From Candidatus Omnitrophota bacterium (GTDB lineage Bacteria; Omnitrophota; Gorgyraeia; Duberdicusellales; 4484-171), in contig WJJJ01000007.1 in assembly GCA_014729775.1 (NCBI GenBank), forward strand, positions 94,302 through 158,301: DNA of 64,000 nt, given 5' to 3'. Positions 56,533 to 64,000 of this stretch are shown in pieces (positions within the stretch are counted from its first letter, which is position 1; each line of letters begins with the position of its first letter). Below the pieces are notes generated by a model. It was not told where the DNA came from. It did no database searches and saw nothing but the letters and a program-made list of their open reading frames with translations. The position numbers and the translations under genes are program-made.

Positions 56533-57603
56533 ATGATAAACTTCGGCAAGTTCCGCGAAGAATATGAAGTTCTTGCCCAAGAACTTGCGGCCGAAGAGGT
56601 ATTTAAAGACCGCGAACGGTACGTAAGCCTTTCCAAACGCTTCTCTTTCCTTGAGCGCGTTCTCCAGCTCGTCGACGAACGCGAACGGATGCTGCGAGAG
56701 CAGGATCAGCTGAAAAAGATGATTGCCGACGAAGGTGAGGACGAAGAAATGAAAACAATGGCAAAAGACGAACTGCCTCATCTGGAAGAAAAGGCAGCCG
56801 CATTGGAGGAGGATCTGGAGGAAATGATCTTTCAGCAGGATGAGCCGGAGCGGGATTTGATTTTCGAAATACGTGCCGCCGCCGGAGGAGACGAAGCCAC
56901 GCTCTTTGCGGGTGATTTATTCAAAATGTATTCCCGGTACATCGAAGGAAAAGGATGGAAACAGGAAGTCTTGAGTTCGCATGAAACAGAGGTCGGAGGC
57001 CTGAAAGAAATCAATTTCTCGGTGAAAGGGGAGGGGGTCTTCTCTCATTTGAAGTTTGAGAGCGGCGTGCACCGCGTGCAGCGGGTGCCGGCGACGGAGT
57101 CCGGAGGGCGTATCCATACTTCTACCGTGACCGTGGCAGTGCTCATTGAGCCCAAAGAGATCGAATTCCGTTTGAACCAGGAAGATTTGAAAATAGAAAC
57201 TTTCCGTGCTTCGGGACGGGGCGGGCAGCACGTGAACGTGACCGATTCGGCGGTGCGCATCACCCATTTGCCGACGCACACGACGGTCAGCTGTCAAGAT
57301 GAACGTTCGCAGATTAAGAACAGGGAAAAAGCGATGCGGGTGATCAAGGCGCGGGTGCTGGAGAAAAAAGAGCGCGAGGAAGGGAAAAAGCGGGGCGATA
57401 TCCGGCGGACGCAGATCGGGAGCGGTGAACGGAGTGAGAAAATACGCACGTATAATTTCCCCGAACGGCGCGTGACCGATCACCGGATTAATTTTACTCT
57501 GTATCGGCTGGAGGCCGTGCTTGAAGGCGATCTCGACGAAATCATAAAGAAACTGAGGAAAGCGGACCGGCGCAAGAAATATGAATCTAAAGGACTGGCT
57601 TAA
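56533..57603 (+). CDS. prfA: Peptide chain release factor 1
   Basis: ESGVHRVQRVPATE (PxT motif), GGQ and RTYNFP; followed by prmC. Confidence 0.97.
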   Translation: MINFGKFREEYEVLAQELAAEEVFKDRERYVSLSKRFSFLERVLQLVDERERMLREQDQLKKMIADEGEDEEMKTMAKDELPHLEEKAAALEEDLEEMIFQQDEPERDLIFEIRAAAGGDEATLFAGDLFKMYSRYIEGKGWKQEVLSSHETEVGGLKEINFSVKGEGVFSHLKFESGVHRVQRVPATESGGRIHTSTVTVAVLIEPKEIEFRLNQEDLKIETFRASGRGGQHVNVTDSAVRITHLPTHTTVSCQDERSQIKNREKAMRVIKARVLEKKEREEGKKRGDIRRTQIGSGERSEKIRTYNFPERRVTDHRINFTLYRLEAVLEGDLDEIIKKLRKADRRKKYESKGLA

Positions 57604-58396
57604 AGCCCAGCGGGGCGCGTTGTGTGAGAATGAGGTGCGGTTTGTATGGGATGTGCGTTTCCCGGAGGAGGCGCTGCCGGTTCTCGGCGATGTTTCCCTG
57701 AGCCGGATACAACTGGACGTGTGCAACGAGATTGTCCGGAGGAAGCGGGCAGGGACGCCTCTGCCTTATATTTTGGGAAGGGAAATGTTTTATGGTTTGA
57801 TGTTCGAGGTGAACTCTTCCGTTTTGATCCCGCGTCCCGAAACGGAAAGGATCACCGAACGGGCGCTGGCCTGCGCGGGTGACGGAATGCAGGTGCTCGA
57901 TCTGTGTTCCGGTTGCGGCAATATCGCCGTCGTGCTCAAGACCCATCTTCCCGGCCTGCGGGTGTACGGTGCGGACAGTTCTGCGGAAGCCCTGGAGGTT
58001 GCCGCGGCAAATGCGCGCCGGCACGGGGTGTCGATCGACTGGATACATGCCGATTTGTTTTCCGGTGTGCGCGGGAGGAGGTTCGATCTCATTGTGTCCA
58101 ATCCTCCTTACGTGGCTCCGGAGGAAATCAGGGGGACGTTATGCGCCGAGCCCAGGAGCGCGCTCGACGGCGGCCGGGAAGGAACAGCGATGATCGACCG
58201 CATACTGCGGGATGCCCCGGCCTTTTTGAAAAAAAAGGGACACCTTATCCTTGAAATCGGGTATAATCATAAAGAGTATGTGGCCCGGCAGGTTTCGCGA
58301 GCAGGATGTTATTCCGTGAAAGAATGGATCGTGGATTATGCCGGTATTTCTCGCGGAGTAGTCCTCCAGCATCACCAAGAGAGGAAATATGGATAA
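57581..58396 (+). CDS. prmC: Release factor glutamine methyltransferase
   Basis: VLIPRPETE, DLCSGCG, NPPY, ALDGG and EIG. Confidence 0.94.
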   Translation: MNLKDWLKAQRGALCENEVRFVWDVRFPEEALPVLGDVSLSRIQLDVCNEIVRRKRAGTPLPYILGREMFYGLMFEVNSSVLIPRPETERITERALACAGDGMQVLDLCSGCGNIAVVLKTHLPGLRVYGADSSAEALEVAAANARRHGVSIDWIHADLFSGVRGRRFDLIVSNPPYVAPEEIRGTLCAEPRSALDGGREGTAMIDRILRDAPAFLKKKGHLILEIGYNHKEYVARQVSRAGCYSVKEWIVDYAGISRGVVLQHHQERKYG

Positions 58397-59654
58397 ATTT
58401 ATCGTGCAGAATTCTTCTTTACGCGGTACCGTTTCCATCAGCGGCTCCAAGAATGCCGCGCTGCCGATGATGGCGGCTTCATTGTTAACCGACAAAACAT
58501 GCGAGTTCCACCGGGTACCGGATTTGATGGATATCAGGACGATGGGTAGAATACTCGAAGTGCTGGGGAAAAAGGTGGAATTCCGGGCCAAAAAGCTTGT
58601 GATCCGGCCGGGAAGCGGAGCGCTTCGTTCGAGCGGTCTGGCTCCCTATCAATTGGTGCGCACCATGAGGGCTTCTTTTTGTTGTTTGGGGCCGCTGCTC
58701 GCCAAAAACAAAAAGGCGAAAGTCGCCCTGCCGGGCGGGTGCGCGATCGGCGTGCGGCCGGTCGATCTGCATCTGAAAGGATTACGAGAGCTCAACGCCC
58801 GCATCGAAGTGCAAAAAGGGTACTGTTTCGGTGACGGCAGTCAATTGAAGGGTGCGCGTATTTATTTAGGCGGTCCGTTCGGCTCCTCGGTGCTGGCCAC
58901 CGCAAACGTGCTGATGGCTGCGGTGTTGGCGCGGGGCCGCACGGTAATCGAATACGCCGCCTGTGAACCGGAAATCAAAGCCTTGGCCGAAGTCCTGAAA
59001 AAAATGGGTGCCCGCCTCGAGGGAGCAGGAACGCCTCGTATCGAGATCGAAGGAGTGAGAACCCTTTGCGGCGTAGTGCATGAGGTGCCGCCGGACAGGA
59101 TCGAAGCGGGGACGTTTATCGCCGCGGCGCTGGGAACGAAGTCGTCCATTGAACTGCAGGGAGTCGACGCGTCTCATCTTACTTCCGTGACGGAAGTCGT
59201 GAAAACGATGGGAGGAGCGCTTCAGTTCCGGGACGACCGCTGCCGGGTGCGGGCTCCCCGGACGCTTCGGCCGGTAAATATTACCACCCTGCCTTATCCC
59301 GGGTTCCCTACCGATCTGCAGGCCCAGTTTACGGTATGCTTGACTCTGGCCAAGGGTATTTCCCTGATTACCGAGAAGATCTATCCCGACCGTTTTATGC
59401 ATGTGCAGGAGTTGAACCGGATGGACGCCAAGATTCAGCGGACCGGACCTTATGCGATTATTGAAGGCCGGCGCCGGCTATACGGAGCTGAAGTGATGGC
59501 GTCGGATCTGCGGGCCTCGGCGGCGTTGGTGATTGCCGGGCTCGCGGCTGAAGGGACGACTGAGATACTCCGCGTGTACCATATAGACCGCGGATATGAG
59601 CACATCGAACGGAAATTGAGGAAACTGGGAGCGAAGATCCGCCGGATAAAGTGA
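58389..59654 (+). CDS. murA: UDP-N-acetylglucosamine 1-carboxyvinyltransferase
   Basis: GSKNA, MRAS, LPGGCAIG.RP (catalytic Cys), PGFPTD, DLRA and IDRGYE. Confidence 0.97.
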   Translation: MDKFIVQNSSLRGTVSISGSKNAALPMMAASLLTDKTCEFHRVPDLMDIRTMGRILEVLGKKVEFRAKKLVIRPGSGALRSSGLAPYQLVRTMRASFCCLGPLLAKNKKAKVALPGGCAIGVRPVDLHLKGLRELNARIEVQKGYCFGDGSQLKGARIYLGGPFGSSVLATANVLMAAVLARGRTVIEYAACEPEIKALAEVLKKMGARLEGAGTPRIEIEGVRTLCGVVHEVPPDRIEAGTFIAAALGTKSSIELQGVDASHLTSVTEVVKTMGGALQFRDDRCRVRAPRTLRPVNITTLPYPGFPTDLQAQFTVCLTLAKGISLITEKIYPDRFMHVQELNRMDAKIQRTGPYAIIEGRRRLYGAEVMASDLRASAALVIAGLAAEGTTEILRVYHIDRGYEHIERKLRKLGAKIRRIK

Positions 59655-59655
59655 T

Positions 59656-60222
59656 ATGAAAATTCTGGTCATTGATAATTATGATTCTTTTACCTACAAC
59701 CTTGTGCAGTATCTGCAGGAGCTCGGCGCACGCACCGTCGTGTACAGGAACGATGAGGTTTCCGTGGAGCAGGCCCGAAAAAAAAGAATCGATAAAATCG
59801 TGATTTCCCCGGGTCCGGGCCGTCCTGAAAGTGCGGGGATTAGCTGTGCGCTCATAAAGGAAATGTATTCACATATTCCGATATTAGGAGTCTGTTTAGG
59901 GCATCAGTGCATTGGGCAGGTATTCGGCGGAGAAATCGTAAAATCGGGTAAAATAATGCACGGCAAGACGTCCCAGGTATTTCATCACGGCCGGGGGCTT
60001 TTTCACGGAATTCCCAGTCCCTTTACCGCGACCCGTTATCATTCCCTGGTGATTTCCCGCAATAATTTTCCGGTCAATTTAACCGTGACTGCGCGGACGA
60101 AGGACGATACAATAATGGGAGTGAAAGAAAAGACCAATCCTTTATTCGGAGTCCAGTTTCATCCGGAGTCCATCCTCACGGGTGAAGGAAAAACTCTCCT
60201 GAATAATTTTCTGAAAATATGA
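59656..60222 (+). CDS. trpG: Anthranilate synthase component II (glutamine amidotransferase)
   Basis: IDNYDSFTYNL, SPGPG, GVCLGHQ, RYHSL and QFHPES. Confidence 0.92.
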   Translation: MKILVIDNYDSFTYNLVQYLQELGARTVVYRNDEVSVEQARKKRIDKIVISPGPGRPESAGISCALIKEMYSHIPILGVCLGHQCIGQVFGGEIVKSGKIMHGKTSQVFHHGRGLFHGIPSPFTATRYHSLVISRNNFPVNLTVTARTKDDTIMGVKEKTNPLFGVQFHPESILTGEGKTLLNNFLKI

Positions 60223-61262
60223 TACGAGAAGCATTGCATCGTCTGGCGGAAGGAAAATCTCTCTCTTACGAGAAGACGCGGGAAGTGTTCGAGGAAATAT
60301 TTGAAAAGAGGGCCTCGGCCGCGCAGATTGCCGCGTTTTTGTTCGGATTGAAACGGAAAGGCGAAACCGAACAGGAAATCGCCGCCGCGGCCGCCGTGGT
60401 GCGGAGTAAAGCCAGGAAAATTCTGATACGGGACAATTTGGTCGAGATCGACACGGAAGATGAATTCCTTGTCGACACCTGCGGAACCGGAGGTTCCGGA
60501 GTGGCCAAAGCGAATATCTCCACCGGGGTGGCCTTTGTGGTAAGTGCGGCCGGCGTGCGGGTCGCGAAGCACGGGAACCGGGCGATGTCTTCCGGATGCG
60601 GCAGCGCCGACGTGCTGGAAGCGCTGGGTGTCGATGTCAACGTGCCGCCCGAAATCATGGCCGATGCGATCCGTGCCACGGGAATCGGATTTCTTTATGC
60701 GCCGTTGTATCATCCTGCGTTAAAGGAAGTCGCCGGGATACGCCGGGAGATGGGCATCAGGACTATTTTCAATATTCTCGGTCCGTTGTGCAACCCGGCA
60801 CAGGCAACGCATCAGCTGTTAGGGGTGTATCGAAAAGATCTTGTGCCGGTCATGGCCAGGGTGTTGAGACGGCTGGGGACAAAGAACGCGCTAATCGTAT
60901 GGAGTGAGGATTTGAAAGATGAGGTGTCTCTTTCCCGGCCGACCTACGCGGCGCTGCTGCGCAACAAAAGAGTCCGCCAGTTTCTTATCCGTCCCGGTGA
61001 TTTTAAATTAAAAAGAATGCGCAAGGTCCCTCCGGCGGTCAACGATGTCCGGACCAGCGCGCGGTTGCTGAGAGAAGTCTTTCGCGGGGAGCATAATCCG
61101 GCAAGGGATCTGATCCTGGCGAACACGGCAGCTTGTTTTCTTATGATGGGGAAGGTAAAAGAGTTGAAAGCCGGCGTGGATATGGCCGCCGAACTGATCG
61201 ATTCCGGGGCGGCGGGGAAGAAGTTAAAGGAACTGAAAATATTCGTGGCGGATCATGCATAA
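60219..61262 (+). CDS. trpD: Anthranilate phosphoribosyltransferase
   Basis: DTCGTGG, NIST, KHGNR..SS..GSAD and RTIFN.LGP. Confidence 0.96.
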   Translation: MIREALHRLAEGKSLSYEKTREVFEEIFEKRASAAQIAAFLFGLKRKGETEQEIAAAAAVVRSKARKILIRDNLVEIDTEDEFLVDTCGTGGSGVAKANISTGVAFVVSAAGVRVAKHGNRAMSSGCGSADVLEALGVDVNVPPEIMADAIRATGIGFLYAPLYHPALKEVAGIRREMGIRTIFNILGPLCNPAQATHQLLGVYRKDLVPVMARVLRRLGTKNALIVWSEDLKDEVSLSRPTYAALLRNKRVRQFLIRPGDFKLKRMRKVPPAVNDVRTSARLLREVFRGEHNPARDLILANTAACFLMMGKVKELKAGVDMAAELIDSGAAGKKLKELKIFVADHA

Positions 61263-62037
61263 CGTATTGTCTCTTATTCTGGATGCGAAAAAGAAAAAGG
61301 TGGCGGTCTTGAAAAAGAACCGCCAGGCACTGAGGTCTTTAGTGAAAAAAGCGCCTGCTCCGCGATCTTTCAGCAAAGCGCTTCGCCGGGATAAAAAAAT
61401 CTCTTTGATCGGGGAAATAAAGCAGGCGTCTCCGTCAGAGGGCATTCTGAGAAAAGAGTTCGATCCGTTCAAGATCGCCCAGGCATACGCAAAAGCGAAA
61501 GTGAACGCGATCTCCGTGCTCACCGAAGAGGAATTCTTTTTAGGGAAGCTCAGCTATATCGAGTCCATCAAGAAAAAGATGAACATTCCCGTCCTGCGAA
61601 AGGATTTCATCATTGACGAAGCGCAAATTCTGGAAGCCCGCGCGGCAGGCGCGGATTCCGTGTTGCTGATCATGTCGATTCTCAAAGAGGAGCAGTTTAA
61701 GAAGCTTTATGCGTTGGCAAAAGAATTGAAAATGGAACCACTGGTGGAGGTGCATACTGAAAAAGAGCTGAAGAAGGTCCTCCAGGTCGGGGTAGAGATC
61801 GTGGGAGTAAACAACCGGAACCTGCATACTCTGCAAGTTGATCTGAAAAAGACGGAAAAGCTCATGCCGTTTATCCCAGCTGATGTCGTCAAGGTAAGTG
61901 AGAGCGGAATTCATTCTTTGAAAGACGTACTGTTGCTCAAAGGGTTGGGAGTCAACGCGGTATTAATCGGCACCGCGTTTATGAAAGCCGATCAGATTGA
62001 AGAGAAAGTACGGGAACTCCATCCGGATAGAGAATAA
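61255..62037 (+). CDS. trpC: Indole-3-glycerol phosphate synthase
   Basis: EIK.ASPS.G, SVLTE..F.G, LRKDF, EVH, GVNNRNL and SESGI. Confidence 0.96.
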   Translation: MHNVLSLILDAKKKKVAVLKKNRQALRSLVKKAPAPRSFSKALRRDKKISLIGEIKQASPSEGILRKEFDPFKIAQAYAKAKVNAISVLTEEEFFLGKLSYIESIKKKMNIPVLRKDFIIDEAQILEARAAGADSVLLIMSILKEEQFKKLYALAKELKMEPLVEVHTEKELKKVLQVGVEIVGVNNRNLHTLQVDLKKTEKLMPFIPADVVKVSESGIHSLKDVLLLKGLGVNAVLIGTAFMKADQIEEKVRELHPDRE

Positions 62038-62654
62038 TGAAGGTCAAAATTTGCGGGATCACCAACGAACGGGACGCGCGCGCGGCAGCCTCCGAAGGAG
62101 CCGATGCCCTCGGATTTATCTTCGTGGAAAAAAGCCCGCGCTATATCTCTCCGGATGACGCCGCTTCGGTTATCCGGCAGATCGGTCCCTATGTGACCAC
62201 GGTCGGGGTATTCGGGGATCATCCGGCCGAACAGGTGCGCGTGATTGCCGGGCGGACGGGGGTGTCAGTACTGCAATTTCACGGAAGCGAGAGCGCGGAT
62301 TTTTGCCGCGGGTTTTCGCCCCGATGGAAGGTCGTGAAAACGGTATTTCCCCATCAGCGGCCTTACCGGCCGGCGGTTGCCGGGTATTCCGCGGACGCTT
62401 ATCTGTGTGACGTGTTGTTCGAACAGAAAACGCGGGGTGTTTCCCGTCTTGCGCCGGATGCCTTGGAAGAGATCAAGGAGCTCATACGGGACGGGGTGCG
62501 GATCGTGATTTCCGGAGGGATTACTCCCGCGAACGTGGAAGAAATTCTTCCTCTACGCCCTTACGGGATTGATGTGTGCAGCGGAGTCGAACATGGTCCG
62601 GGGCAGAAAGATCCGGATAAGATGAAATGTTTGCTGAGCAAGGCGAGGCAATGA
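62037..62654 (+). CDS. trpF: Phosphoribosylanthranilate isomerase
   Basis: KICGIT, SPR, Q.HG.E, SGG and DV.SGVE..PG.KD. Confidence 0.94.
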   Translation: MKVKICGITNERDARAAASEGADALGFIFVEKSPRYISPDDAASVIRQIGPYVTTVGVFGDHPAEQVRVIAGRTGVSVLQFHGSESADFCRGFSPRWKVVKTVFPHQRPYRPAVAGYSADAYLCDVLFEQKTRGVSRLAPDALEEIKELIRDGVRIVISGGITPANVEEILPLRPYGIDVCSGVEHGPGQKDPDKMKCLLSKARQ

Positions 62655-63829
62655 CTATTCCCGACAAGAAAGGATATTTCGGACAGTTCGGCGGCCGGTT
62701 TATTCCGGAAACACTCTCCTGCTGCGTCGACGAATTGAACGAAGCTTATCGCGAAATAAAGAAGAACAAGGAATTCCGCGGTGAGCTGAAAAATCTGCTA
62801 CATACGTTCGCCGGGCGTCCCACCCCGCTTTATTTCGCCGGCAAATTAAGCCGTCTGTTCGGTATCAAGGTGTATCTGAAACGGGAGGACCTGCTGCATA
62901 CCGGCGCGCATAAAATTAACAACGCGCTGTCCCAGGCGCTGCTTGCGAAATATATGGGGAAAAAGAGGATCATTGCCGAAACAGGAGCCGGGCAGCACGG
63001 GGTAGCGGTAGCGACTGTCGCGGCGCTGTTCGGGTTCAAGTGCGACATTTTCATGGGGGAGGAGGATATCCGCCGCCAGAAAGTGAACGTGTCCCGGATG
63101 CGTATTCTGGGTGCCCGGGTGGTGCCGGTGTCGTCGGGGACAAGAACTCTGAAGGACGCCTGCAGTGAAGCGATGCGGGATTGGGTCACCCGCGTCAAAG
63201 ATACGTATTATCTGGTCGGGTCTACGTTCGGTCCCCATCCTTATCCGCTGCTCGTGCGCGATTTCCAATCCGTGATCGGGAAAGAAGCGCGGAAACAGAT
63301 CCTTCGCGAAACGGGACGTCTGCCCGAATATCTTATTGCCTGCGTCGGGGGCGGCAGTAACGCTATCGGCTTGTTTCATCCGTTCTTCAAAGACAAAAAG
63401 GTGGAATTTATCGGGGTGGAAGCCGGGGGGCTGGGCATCCGCCGGGAGAATTCGGCTTCGCTGGTAGCCGGGCACGTAGGCGTGTTGCACGGGACCAAGA
63501 CCTACGTGCTTCAGGATAAATTCGGGCAGGTGAAAAACGCCCATTCCGTCGCGCCGGGACTTGATTATCCCGGGGTCGGACCTGAACATGCCCATTACGC
63601 GAAAAGCGGCCGTGCCCGGTACGTGGCCGTTTTAGATCGGGAAGCGCTGGAGGGGTTTTCTTTACTCTCCCGGCAGGAGGGAATTATCCCGGCGTTGGAA
63701 TCGGCGCACGCAATTGCCTACCTGAAAAAAATAAAACCCAGACGGAAAAATGCCGTGGCGGTAGTCTGTTTGTCGGGGCGGGGGGATAAGGACCTCGATA
63801 TTCTTCAGGAATATGAGCATGACGATTGA
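62651..63829 (+). CDS. trpB: Tryptophan synthase beta chain (TrpB1)
   Basis: [36 protein letters not shown] and LSGRGDKD; ATGA overlap with trpF. Confidence 0.97.
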   Translation: MTIPDKKGYFGQFGGRFIPETLSCCVDELNEAYREIKKNKEFRGELKNLLHTFAGRPTPLYFAGKLSRLFGIKVYLKREDLLHTGAHKINNALSQALLAKYMGKKRIIAETGAGQHGVAVATVAALFGFKCDIFMGEEDIRRQKVNVSRMRILGARVVPVSSGTRTLKDACSEAMRDWVTRVKDTYYLVGSTFGPHPYPLLVRDFQSVIGKEARKQILRETGRLPEYLIACVGGGSNAIGLFHPFFKDKKVEFIGVEAGGLGIRRENSASLVAGHVGVLHGTKTYVLQDKFGQVKNAHSVAPGLDYPGVGPEHAHYAKSGRARYVAVLDREALEGFSLLSRQEGIIPALESAHAIAYLKKIKPRRKNAVAVVCLSGRGDKDLDILQEYEHDD

Positions 63830-64000
63830 GGAAACGTTTCGTGTCCTAGCGGAAGAGAAAAAGCGGGCGTATATCCCGTATCTTCCCTGCGGATTTCCCA
63901 CGCTTGCCCATACCGAAAAACTGATTTTGGCTCTGCAGGATGCCGGCGCGCACGTCATTGAACTGGGAATGCCGTTTTCCGATCCTCTCGCCGACGGGAA
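63819..64000 (+). CDS. trpA: Tryptophan synthase alpha chain, N-terminal part (runs off the window)
   Basis: Manual translation MTIEETF...[10 protein letters not shown]...[14 protein letters not shown]. Confidence 0.93.
   Translation, partial: MTIEETFRVLAEEKKRAYIPYLPCGFPTLAHTEKLILALQDAGAHVIELGMPFSDPLADG

Overview
Bacterial chromosomal window, mostly + strand. Gene content and protein style suggest an anaerobe of the PVC superphylum, possibly Ca. Omnitrophota; this is an inference and cannot be verified without a search. The left flank (1-20.8 kb) holds rarA (partial), PAC2, UPF0280, an RNase Z-like hydrolase, tRNA-Leu, a FIST/histidine kinase/REC-GGDEF operon, cvpA-like, NIF3, dnaG, rpoD, trpB2, gatCAB, an S41 protease, tsaD, an MgtC-family protein, bactofilin-HTH, tRNA-Met and a cupin. 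The right flank (38.7-64 kb) holds rplU, proBA, nadD, a phosphohexomutase, plsC, rpsA, tyrS, gap-pgk-tpiA-secG, a TPR protein, polA-coaE-rho-rpmE-prfA-prmC-murA and trpGDCFBA. The standout is a compact ~17.7 kb, 20-gene operon (20958-38681) encoding a non-actinobacterial type II (aromatic) polyketide synthase: KS-alpha, a chain-length factor lacking the usual Gln, ACP, a TcmN-type aromatase, a DpsY/OxyN-like cyclase, an SDR and a CoA ligase. It is co-encoded with a B12-dependent radical SAM enzyme and a divergent nucleoside phosphorylase / MtnA-like isomerase (plus a truncated paralog) / class II aldolase-SCP2 fusion / aldehyde dehydrogenase set. That set resembles a 5'-deoxyadenosine 'DHAP shunt', possibly repurposed to process an adenosylated polyketide. 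Smaller observations are a relic tRNA-Leu 5' fragment, probable leaderless mRNAs, a candidate structured RNA upstream of tRNA-Met and two heptamer-periodic intergenic hairpins. No CRISPR array, integrase, transposase or rRNA was seen.
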